DNA from: Macrostomum lignano
Taxonomy: Eukaryota
DNA length: 64,000 bases
Direction of reading: 5' to 3'
Assembly: GCA_002269645.1 (NCBI GenBank)
Contig: NIVC01000920.1
Span: 310,001-374,000 of the forward strand
The position numbers and the translations under genes were made by a program. Under the pieces are notes generated by a model. That model saw only the letters and a program-made list of their open reading frames with translations, ran no database searches and was not told the origin of the DNA. Every line of letters begins with the position of its first letter. Positions within the stretch are counted from its first letter, which is position 1. This document shows, in pieces, positions 52,698 through 63,229 of this stretch.

Positions 52698-53063
52698 GTT
52701 GGTCTCTGGGGTTTGTCTAGTGCTGAGTTACTGGGGTTTATCTACTGCTGAGTTTCTGGTTTGTCTACTGCTGAGTTTCTGGTTTATCTAATGCTGAGTT
52801 TCTGGTTTATCTACTGCTGAGTTTCTGGTTTATCTACTGCTGAGTTTCTGGTTTATCTACTGCTGAGTTTCTGGTTTATCTAATGCTGAGTTTCTGGTTT
52901 GTCTACTACTGAGCTTCTTCAGCTCATGATTTCGATTTTTGTCTAACGAGAAAAGTGATTTTCGCTTTATCTCTTATGCCTCTACAGACTGCCTGTTACT
53001 ACTTACAACATAACCATCTCTGTAGTATAAACATAATTCCCTTCCCATTAATTCTCCAATCAG

Positions 53064-53470
53064 GCGCCGCTCCGGACGCTCCCGGCGGCGTCAGTGGCGG
53101 AGGCGACGTGGGCTGGAGCGCCGGCACGCACTACCTGAACATCGGGCTGCAGAATGGGGTGCTGCTTCGGGCTCTGATCGACCCAGTGACTGGAGACCTG
53201 TCCGACACCCGCACCAGGTACCTGGGCAGCCGGCCAGTGAAACTGTTCCGAGTGTTCGTCCAAGGCTCGGAAGCTGTGCTCGCCATCTCCTCGCGATCTT
53301 GGCTTTATTACACCTACCAGAGCCGCTTCCACCTGACTCCGCTGTCCTACGGTAGTCTGGAGTTCGCGTCCGGCTTCTCGTCTGAGCAGTGCCTGGAGGG
53401 CATTGTGGCAATAAGTGCCAGCACTTTGCGGATTCTCAGCCTAGAGAAACTCGGCACCGTGTTTAATCAG
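53064..53470 (+). CDS. SF3B3: SF3B3 exon 7
   Basis: [13 protein letters not shown]...[20 protein letters not shown]...[10 protein letters not shown]. Confidence 0.93.
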
Positions 53471-53776
53471 GTTTGCGCTTATTGTGTTTTGCTGCTGCAG
53501 CTGGCCTGGCTGAGGGCAATAGACAGACAAACACAGACAGGCAGACAGACAGGCACTTAGGAAGACAGACAGACAGACAGACAGACAGACACTAAGACAG
53601 ACAGAAAGACAGTCACTAAGACAGACAGACAGACAGACAGACAGACTGACAGACAGACGGACGCTAAGACAGACAGGCAGGCAGACAGGCAGGCAGAAAG
53701 ACAGACAGAGAGACAGACAGACAGACAGACACTAAGACAGACACTATTACACCATGTGCCCCCTCCCCGCCCGCAG

Positions 53777-54328
53777 GTGACCTTCCCCCTGCAGTACACG
53801 CCGCGCCGCCTGCTGCTACACGAGAGCGGCCAAGCCGTGCTTATCGAGACTGAGCACAACGCCTTCACTGAGGACAGCAAGCAGCAGAAGAAGCGCCAGA
53901 TTGCTCAGGAGATGCTGGAGCAGGCCGGAGCCGACGGTGACCGATCCGGTGACGCCCAGCTGGTCAGGGAGATGGCCGCCGCCTTCCTCAGCGAGAACCT
54001 GCCAGAGCCAGTGTTTGGCGCACCCAAGCCGGGCGCCGGCATGTGGGCCTCCGTGATCCGCGTGATGCGACCGCTCACTGGCCAGACTGCTCAGATTATC
54101 CGACTACAGCAGAATGAAGCTGCGCTCAGCATCTGCCTGTGCCGGTTCGCCTGCAACCCCATGGAATCCTACCTGCTAGTTGGCATTGTCAAGGACATGA
54201 CCCTGGCGCCCAGGTCCGTTGGCGGCGCCGTCCTGCGAACCTATCGGGTTGTTGGCGCTCTCGAAAGGCTGGACTTTCTGCACGAGACCGCTGTGGAGGA
54301 TGCGCCTCAGGCTATGTGCCCCTTTCAG
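53777..54328 (+). CDS. SF3B3: SF3B3 exon 8
   Basis: VTFPLQYTPRR...FLSENLPEPVFGAPK..GMWASVIRV...AMCPFQ. Confidence 0.95.
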
Positions 54329-54568
54329 GTGCACGACCGCTTTTATCTACCTGGTTACGAATTGTACCTGTGTTGGGGAGATTTCTGGGAGAGGGGAGGA
54401 GAAGTTTTGGGAGATTTCTGGGAGAGGGGAGGAGAATTTGAGGGAGATTTCTGACTGTGTTGGGATTTGTGGGAGATTTCTGTCTGTTGGAATGGGATTT
54501 GTGGGAGATTTCCGTCTGTGTTGGGATTTATGGGAGATTTCTGTAAAAATAATTTATAATTTTTTCAG

Positions 54569-54718
54569 GGTCGCGTCCTGGTCTCAGTCGGTCGCGTGCT
54601 GCGAATCTACGATTTGGGCAAGCAGAAAATGTTGCGCAAATGCGAGACCAAAGCCCTGCCCAACTACATTGTGTCCGTAGCGGCTTTCGGCGACCGCGTG
54701 GTCGCTGCCGATGTGCAG
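54569..54718 (+). CDS. SF3B3: SF3B3 exon 9
   Basis: GRVLVSVGRVLRIYDLGKQKMLRKCE. Confidence 0.95.
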
Positions 54719-54914
54719 GTGAGAAATTGTAGCACACAGTCTGAGCTTAGTAATATTAGTTCATTTCTTGCGTTCCGTAGCAAATTATTCCATAAAACTC
54801 CAATTATATGCTGGATAAATATCAGTAGCTAATAAGAGTTTAATATTCTGTTCTATTGTTACATTAAAATATTTGATTAATATGTGTACCATCCTAAGCT
54901 GTCGACGTCTTTCT

Positions 54915-55300
54915 GTTAGAAGTAAGCCGATATGTATCGAAAACAGCATGATAAAGCAGTTTTAGCCATCTACTATTTTGAGAAGTCTATATGTATCGGA
55001 AACAATACGATAAAGCAGTTTTAAGCTCTTTGTTATAAGTCAGCCGAAATGTATCGAAAACAATATGATAAAGCAGTTTTTGTTTCTCGCTATTTTAAGC
55101 AAGCCGATATGTATCGAAATCAGAATGATAAAGCAGTTTTAGCCATGTGCTATTTTAAGTTAGCCGATATGTATCGTGAAACTATTTCATTGAGGAATTT
55201 TAGTTTCCCTGTAATCCGATATGTCTCGAAAAACATGATAAAGCAGCTTTAGTTTCCCGCTATTTTAAGTAGGCCGATATGTATCGAAAACAATATAACC
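54915..55300. repeat. ~58-bp tandem repeat in SF3B3 intron 9
   Basis: Recurrent CCGATATGTATCG..AAACAATATGATAAAGCAGTTTT, about 7 units. Confidence 0.85.
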
Positions 55301-55327
55301 AAGTATCTCAAAACCCTACGCCTGCAG

Positions 55328-55699
55328 GAGTCGGTCTTCTGGATGCGCTACCGAGCCTCGGACAACCAGCTGCTGGTGTTCGCTGACGATTCGCTGCCCC
55401 GCTGGGTGACCTGCCTGGCCATGCTGGACCAGTTCAGTGTCGCTGTCGGCGACAAGTTCGGCAACATCAGCGTCCTCCGCCTGCCGCCCGACGCTGTCGA
55501 AGACGACGCCGACGATGTTGGCGACCTGGGCTCGGCGCGCGGCTCCCTGTTTGACAGGGGCGGCCTGCTGGGCAGCTCCAGCCAGAAATGCGTGGCTGAG
55601 TGCACCTTCCACGTGGGCGAGGCGCTGAGCAGCCTGCGGAAGACCAGCCTGGTGCCCGGCGAGAACGACTGCCTGCTGTACACCACCATCAGCGGATCC
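55328..55699 (+). CDS. SF3B3: SF3B3 exon 10
   Basis: ESVFWMRYR..DNQLLVFADD..PRWVT...DKFGNISVLRLP; GTGAGT donor. Confidence 0.95.
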
Positions 55700-56135
55700 G
55701 TGAGTGCCGGCTTGGCTGCAGTCTGCCGCACCCCCCTGCCTGCACTACCAGATCCCCACTTTAAACTTCTGACATCATAGATTGCACTTTAAGCTCCTGG
55801 CATCTCAGATATCCCCACTTAAAGCTCCTGGGATCTCAGATCCCCACTTTAAGCTTTTGACATCCCAGATCCCCACTTTAAGCTCCTGACATCCCAGATC
55901 CCCACTTTAAGCTCCTGACATCCCAGATCCCCTCTTTAAGCTTTTGACATCCCAGATCCCCACTTTAAGCTCCTGACATCCCAGATCCCCACTTTAAGCT
56001 CCTGACATCCCAGATCCCCTCTTTAAGCTCCTGGCCGACCAGATCCACACGCTCTGCTTTTGACACGGATTCCCACTTTTATCTATCTAACATCCCAGAC
56101 CCCTAGCGACAATTGAACCCTCCCTCACTCCTCAG

Positions 56136-56414
56136 GTGGGCATCGCGCTCCCCCTGGCCAGCAAGGAGGAGCACGACCTGTTCCAGCACCTGGAGCTGCA
56201 CCTGCGCTCCCAGCACCTGTCCCTGCTTGGCCGGGACCACCTGCAGTTCCGGTCGATGTACTTTCCCAATCGGCGAGTGATCGACGGCGACCTGTGCGAG
56301 ATGTTCAACAACCTGGAGCCGGCCAGGCAGAAGGAGATTGCCCAGGAGCTGGATCGGACACCCAGCGAGCTGTCCAAGAAGCTGGAGGACATCAGGACTC
56401 GGTTCGCTTTCTGA
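56136..56414 (+). CDS. SF3B3: SF3B3 exon 11 (terminal); total CDS 3708 nt, ~1235 aa
   Basis: FQHLELHLRS...GRDHLQFRS.YFP...VIDGDLCE...LDRTPSELSKKLEDIRTRFAF-stop; AATAAA near 56568. Confidence 0.96.
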   Translation: MGIALPLASKEEHDLFQHLELHLRSQHLSLLGRDHLQFRSMYFPNRRVIDGDLCEMFNNLEPARQKEIAQELDRTPSELSKKLEDIRTRFAF

Positions 56415-56706
56415 GTCATTGTGACAAACTGTTTGACTCTGCGGACTTTTGTCCGAGTTAATTGTGCCGTTTTTCCTAATAACTTTTCTTATTCGTGTTG
56501 TCTGTTGAATTATTATTAATAAGTATAATGTTTAGTAATCATTATGTACAGTTTCCAGTCCGGTGGAAATAAACTTGCAGCAATCCTAGCGCTCGCATTC
56601 AAACTGCCTGGCGTTTTTTGTTAAATTCAATTTCTAGGAATGAGCAGCTAATTAATAATAAATGCTGGTGCTGAGTATGCCCTGGTTTTTCTACTCTATT
56701 AAAGTA

Positions 56707-57451
56707 TAGCTTTTTGCAGCCCATTTGGGCTTACGCGCATTGAATTTAATCCAAGATATGTTTGTCAAAGTAATGGAGCTTTTGTCTATGGTAGCAAGGC
56801 TGGCACAGCGGCATTTAATTTGGTCCAACAAGCATCAATTTGGTCCATTTAGTTCATTTGCAGCTCAGTCCCAGAATTGTGGACCATATGCTAGGCTGTT
56901 GAACGGATGTCATTGGCTTGTGATCGAAGCACTCGACGGAGGTGAACACCCAAAGGACATTGCAAGGTTGCTGAATGTAAAAGAAAAGGTGGTTTACAGC
57001 ATCCAGCAGCGCGTTGAAACTCTGCCGGCAGAGATTGCCTGCGAAAGGTTGGCAATCGCCAAGGAAAGTTGCTCGAGAGCCTCAGGTCCAACTGCTACTC
57101 GATGCAGTGGAGACGAACCCTTTGTTGACGTTGCCGAAATGCAGCAGAAGTTGAGGGAACAGCTCCAGTTGGTTATCAGATTTCGACTATCAGCAGAGCT
57201 CTGGAAAAGCAACTGAAAATTTTTGGTAGAGACGCTGACATTCCAGCGGTGCGAACAACCTGCAGACGGTTGAGAGAAGGCAAGAGTTTGTCCAATGACT
57301 CACGAGTGTTTGGACCAAATGGATGCTTGTTGGACCAAATTAAATGCCGCTGCGCCAGCCTTGCTACCATAGACAAAAGCTCTGTTACATTAGCAAACGT
57401 AACTTGGATTAAATTAAATGCGCGTAAGCCCAAATGGGCTGCAAAATGCTA
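56707..57451 (+). mobile_element. Non-autonomous Tc1/mariner-like element
   Basis: ~145-bp TIRs (TAGC.TTTTGCAGCCCATTTGGGCTTACGCGC), TA TSD, internal HTH remnants (VIEALDGGEHPKDIARLLNV; VRTTCRRLREG), no DDE domain. Confidence 0.85.
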
Positions 57452-57654
57452 TATTGGCAGTCCGCGGCAATGTGCAGCAATATCCGAGCAAAAGAGGCAA
57501 TAATAACGACTATGAATTTTCATGAGATGTTGCAATCATCGTGGCATCAACTTTTCATTTAAAGTAAGCCATCACCAGAGAACACACTAATCTATTTTAT
57601 TTAACAATATTAATATTAGTTGTGGTCTCATCAGCAGGTGTATTAATATGCGGT

Positions 57655-58741
57655 CTATTCAGGCAGGTGCAGTACAAACTGAATCTGGCCATGCGACTGG
57701 GTTTTCTCGCATTTGATGGGCTTTCCGCCAACCAGATCTTGCATGCACCTCTGTACCATGTTAGCCAGCTGACGAAAGTCTTCAATGCTGCTCAAGTTGG
57801 TCTGGCGGATGCGGGGACAATCTTCGAGAACTTTGTGTAGAGCCTGCAGCATCCAGCCACCTGTGTCTGGCCGAGAGTAGGCCATGTGCCCTGGACAGCT
57901 GGCGAAAAGCGCGGAGCAGCCCGGCACAAGACTTGGCAACGAGCTGCCAGCGGTTGCAGCGTCTTCAAAGCTGAAGACTTCAAAGCTGAAGCCTTCCAGC
58001 CCGGTGCTGAGCTCATCAACACTGTGCCGATAAGCGCCTCTGCAAGCCTGGTAGAAGACTCTGACGTGGCTGGCAATTTTTTTCAATTTGTTTACCAATT
58101 TCGGAAGTTCAACAACTGTTCCGTCTGAGAGGACAAAGCCGTCTTGAGATCCATGGGCCGATATGAACAAGTAAATTTTAATATTTGATGACGCATTGGC
58201 TGAATGGCGTTTGCATGAATTTAATATGGCCTTGATGAAATCTGAATAGGTGCTTTTTAAGATATTATATCCATGCAGCATGTAGATGTTGTTTTTTATG
58301 CAGCCAAGCATCTCAGAAATTTCTCTGCAGTTCTTAAAATCGGCGTCGCAACCAGACCTATCCGGAAGATTACTCGTACTTCCTGAGGTGCTGTAGCTCT
58401 GCACAAACACGCCCACCGCTAACAGAGTGTTCTGTCCGGACTCTGCGCGTACATGTGCCAGCTCAGCGGGTTCCTCACCCACTAGCTGGGGTAAGTCTGT
58501 AATTTGTGTTTGTCTGTATCCTTGAGGATCCAAACCTCTAGGAATTCCAGTTCCCAGCAGAAATTCAAATCCTACAGCTTGCAGCAGGCGCACCATGTTG
58601 CTCACTCCATGTTGTTCGGTAATAGAAGTCACAGCCCGCTCCAAGTAAATATTTAGCGAATCCCAACCGGAAAATTGGGCATGCAGTGAATCTGTAGACC
58701 TCAAGGCCACTGAAAGCTGCGCTATGTTGAATCTGCTGGAC
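57655..58741 (-). CDS. Caspase-family protease, last exon (helical segment plus p20/p10)
   Basis: DRSGCDAD, LFISAHG (catalytic His), FYQACRG (catalytic Cys), p10-like FASCPGHMAYSRPDTGGWMLQAL; the acceptor at 58742 is inferred. Confidence 0.88.
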
Positions 58742-58908
58742 CTGCTGCGGTCTGTGAAAAAGGAGGTTATGGCGAAAACTTAGAGTTACCCTACTGATAA
58801 CCATAATTTCCACGACTTTTTAACACTTGGGGAATAGGCAAGATGAACAAGCAGTGCACTTCATCTCTACAAATGAATAAAGTGAAAACAAGTTAATCAA
58901 TTACACAC

Positions 58909-59571
58909 CGGTTAAGTGGAAGGCTTGACGTGGCCTTTTTGGGGGAAAATTTCCCAATAGACACGCACAGTTGAAATATTGTAACTGACTCCAGGTCAGG
59001 CCGCCGATTCCTGGGAATGCAATCGTACAGGTCGCTTTCATGCACTATGCCGCCAAGAACAGGTCGCCCGTCTGCTGTTACCAACAGAACATGAAGCAGC
59101 CACCTGCTGCCAGAATAATAATTGCATCGTCCAAGTTGTTCCTGACTGCATTTCGGTACTCCTCAAGGCTGCCAATCTGAATTGCCCGCAGTCTGACTGA
59201 CGGCATTGATCGTAAGTTACCCAAGGTTTCAACTAGCGGGTGAGGGCTCAGAACAAGTAGTCGCAAAGTGATCGTACTGATTGAGGCGGCCTCAGCAGGG
59301 GGAAGTGAGGCGTCACTTTGCCGTTGCAGGCCTTGCGGCTCTGAAAGGTCATTCGACGTAAAGAAGACGTTGAAAACTGCATTGGCTTGCAAAAAGGAAT
59401 CAACTTTTAGTTGCTGGGCAAAAGTCATGCGCACAAACCTGAATGATCTGGCAGCGGAGCAACATTGTCCTCTTCGGGATCGGCAGAAACGCTCGAGTTT
59501 CTGGTCCTGCCGATTGGTGCTGCAGCTTCCGGAGGCAAATTTTCTTTGTTAGAATGGTTTTGCTGGTCCAT
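58909..59571 (-). CDS. Caspase gene exons 1-3 (59439-59571, 59104-59385, 58909-59071), prodomain
   Basis: ATG at 59571; GT-AG introns of 53, 32 and 167 nt give one continuous frame; total CDS 1665 nt (554 aa). Confidence 0.65.
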
Positions 59572-60282
59572 TTTAACTCTGGATTGGAGCTGCAGATATT
59601 AAATACAATATTACTGTTATGGAGGCGGCAAAAAACATGAGTGTAAAGTAATTAGGAATTCCTTACTTAGCCTCTTTAAATGAAAAGGTGCATCATCTAT
59701 GCTCATCTAAGGTTGCATTGTCAGGTATTTTGTAATAAAATAAAGCAAACTATTAAAACAATTTGAAACAAGGTACTCAGTATTTTTGATGGGTAGAACC
59801 ATGTTGGGGTAGGAGTGAATGCACAGATGGCTGTCTCATGCCAGGTGAGGTTTCCAATGAACTTTTGCACCCTTAAGAATATTTAAGAATATTTTATATT
59901 ATCCTGGCCTATACAGAATGAATGCATTTGGTTTGGTTGAGTCCACAGACCTAAAAATATAAAGACTATGCATTGGGAATTCTTACAGTATCATAATAGT
60001 CATAAAAAGTGCTTCTTCTTTAGAAAAAAAAACAATTTTTGTGACAACCTTTCTTTTTCTAGCAAAATATTGTAGCAAAATGCTCAAAACTTCAAAGCCT
60101 TTTTCAAAGATTTTTGCTCTCATGAATACACAAATTTGCCAAATAATTTAAATTATCTGCATGCTTAGGTAAATCATCAGTAAGGTTCAAAATGGTCTAG
60201 ATACATGCAAGAGGTTTGAACTCAGCAATTCGAGCTGTAAGAACTCCTAAACTTCTAAAAAATGTTCATCAATTTTTCAGCA

Positions 60283-61560
60283 ACAAGAGCCTTGGAAGTG
60301 CCTTGGCGGAGGGGTTGGGCGCCCACCCAACCAAAAAGAGACAGAGCGTGCACACGCGGCAGGGGCACACAGAAAGAGCTTGCTTGCATGGACACTACTA
60401 CAAGTAAAGCCGGTTTGCTTAAGTGCCTTGACTTTTGACTCAGCTGCAGGGGCTTGCATCCGGATGCTGCGAGGAGGCGTTGCCGACCATTTCACTAACC
60501 CCTGGCGACCACGGGCAGCCGCGGTGCTGCGGTGTCGCGCAGGGAGATCCACGGAGGCAATTGGACTGACTCCCCAGACTGCTGCGACCTGCCCTACCTC
60601 TTTTTCGCAATCGTGTGCGCGCTAGCGCCCCCCGACCCTAGCGTCGTTGTAATGTATGTAATGTAATGTAGATCCACGGTGGTGCCGGTGCCTGCAGCGC
60701 GGTCCCCCTCAAAGTCCAGGAGGTGGATTGTCGCTCGCCCGGTAGCCCTTAGGTAGGCAGAGGTTCTCGAGCCTGAAAACATCGGAGAGGTCCGGGTGTG
60801 GGCCGAGGTAGATGAGCCTGTCCTGAGTAAAGGCGGGGTATCCACAGACACCGGAGATGCAGAAATTCTCGCTACGGATTTTTCCAAGTTTTTTAAACGT
60901 CTTCAAAAGCCATGACCGAGAAGTTCACGTTGATGTCTGCTGTTTATCCAGCATGAGCAAAACGTACAAAGTTGGCTGGGGCGCCCACTCAAACCCAGCC
61001 CTGCCGGCGGTGGGGTTGGGGCCACTCAACCAGAAAAGAACTCGTGCACAGCGGCGGGGACTTGACGGGGGGCCGAGTGCCGGTCACTTGCACTTAAGTG
61101 CCTAAGCGGTTACTGCCTGCTTACTGACTCAGCTGGGGGGCTCCGATCCGGATTGCGAGGAGGCGTTGCCGACCATTTCACTAACCCCTGGCGACCAGGG
61201 CAGGCGGTGCTGCGGTGTGCGCGCAGGGGAGATCCACGGAGGCAATTGGACTGACTCCCCAGACTGCTGCGACCTGCCCTGCCCCTCTTTTTCGCAATCG
61301 TGTGCGCGCTAGCGCCCCCCGACCCTAGCGTCGTTGTAATGTATGTAATGTAATGTAGATCCACGGTGGTGCCGGTGCCTGCAGCGCGGTCCCCCTCTGG
61401 AGAGTCCAGGAGGTGGATTGTCGCTCGCCCGGTAGCCCTTAGGTAGGCAGAGGTTCTCGAGCCTGAAAACATCGGAGAGGTCCGGGTGTGGGCCGAGGTA
61501 GATGAGCCTGTCCTGAGTAAAGGCGGGGTATCCACAGACACCGGAGATGCAGAGAGGGCA
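60283..61560. repeat. Two tandem diverged copies (~590 bp; 60283-60870 and ~60965-61560) of a GC-rich element with an internal (TGTAA)n tract
   Basis: Long shared blocks, e.g. GCGAGGAGGCGTTGCCGACCATTTCACTAACCCCTGGCGACC, present in both copies. Confidence 0.85.
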
Positions 61561-61852
61561 TTCCTCGCTACGGATGGCAGTGTAATCCTGTCTAACAATG
61601 GCAGTGTAATCCACCAGAGGCGGCGGGCAGCGCGAATACACCGAGCAATGAGATGCGGCTCACCCCCTTATATCAAACTACTATACTTCTACCAGGTGTC
61701 AACTTTAAGCTCCTGGCATCCCAGATCCCCACTTTAAGCTCCAGGAATCCCAGATATCCCCAATTTAAGCTCCTGACATCCCAGATATCTCTACTTGAAG
61801 CCCCTGGCATCCCAGACCCCTAGCAACAAGTAAACCCTCCCTCACTCCCCAG

Positions 61853-62130
61853 GCATCGCGCTCCCCCTGCTGGCCAGCAAGGAGCAGCACGACCTGTTCC
61901 AGCACCTGGAGCTGCACCTGCGCTCCCAGCACCTGTCCCTGCTTGGCCGGGACCACATGCAGTTCCGGTCGATGTACTTTCCCAATCGGCGAGTGATCGA
62001 CGGCGACCTGTGCGAGATTTTCAACAACCTGGAGCCGACCAGGCAGAAGGAGATCGCCCAGGAGCTGGACCGGACACCCAGCGAGCTGTCCAAGAAGCTG
62101 GAGGACATCAGGACTCGGTTCGCTTTCTGA
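61853..62130 (+). pseudogene. SF3B3: Duplicated SF3B3 terminal exon (orphan exon or alternative last exon)
   Basis: Six substitutions and one in-frame 3-nt insertion relative to 56140-56414; preceded by the same intron minisatellite and followed by a copy of the 3'UTR. Confidence 0.9.
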
Positions 62131-62631
62131 GTCATTGTGACAAACTGCGGACTTATGTCCGAGTTAATTGTGCTGTTTTTCCTAATAACTTTTCCTATTG
62201 TTTGTGTTGTCTGCTGAATTCTTATTAATAAGTATAATGTTTAGTAATCATTATGTACAGTGCAGTCCGGTGGAAATAAACCTGCAGTAATGCTAGCGCT
62301 CGCATTCAAACTGCCAGGCGGTTTTTTAAATTCAGTTGCTAGGAATGAGCAGTTAATTGATATTAAGTGCTGGTGCTGAGTATGTTGTGGCTTATTTATT
62401 TTTTCTCATCAGTTCAAGTTTGGGCAACCAGCTGCCTTAGCGATGTGCAGCAATTATGTGCAGGCAAAAAAGAAGCAGAAATAACACGACTTTGATTTTT
62501 CCTGAGATGTTGCAATCTCTCTGGCATCAACTTTCTTTTATGCCATCACCATGAGAACACACGAATCAAGTTTAATTTTTCCAATAGATTGACACTTGAT
62601 TAATTTTCTTACAATAATAATTAATTTTTTT

Positions 62632-63200
62632 TCATACAGTATTATTAATATTAATAATATTACTCATTATACTATTGTATATTATTGTCAATATTATTGG
62701 TACTTGTAACATTTTTATTATTATTAGCATTATTAATTTTTCAGCATAAGCTACTCGGGGGTAACACTTTTTTATTATTCCATTAAATTCATGATCAATT
62801 CCATATCCATCAATATAATTCAGCCTTTTTTGGATTTTTTGAGCTAAGCCAGCAATACTCGTATTGTTATTGAATAATCGGTAACCGTAAAAACAGAGTA
62901 CATACCGCACGGCCATCAGCAACCGGCTGCCGTCCTTCTCCTGCCATCGGCTGACGTAGCCGCTCTGGCTGCTGTAGATCACCGAGCAGTTGAGCCGCAG
63001 CTCCAGTGGCAGTGAGGCTCCGTCTCCAGCTTCACCGTCTCCATCGTCTCCAGAGTCGAGCGCTGGGTCCTCTTGCTTCACGAAATGCTCTTTGGTGCCT
63101 CGACAAGCATGGTAAAATGTCAGAACCTCGTGCTGCCCTTGACAGTTGGTTCCAAAGCTCTTGATTCTTGCTTCGATCGGTCCCATCCCCAGACTACCAG
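62632..63200 (-). CDS. Second caspase-family gene, C-terminal part (5' exons beyond the right edge)
   Basis: LTFYHACRG pentapeptide and p10-like VIYSSQSGYVSRWQEKDGSRLLMAV; exon boundaries are uncertain. Confidence 0.7.
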
Positions 63201-63229
63201 CCTCCATCACATTCCCAGATCCCGCAATA

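Noticed and set aside
60460-60500. HDV-like ribozyme (GCC-TCCTCGC motif on the minus strand, also ~61155-61165)
   Set aside because: The P3 partner is AGC or AAT rather than GGC and I could not build P1/P2; it needs an Infernal or RNArobo search.
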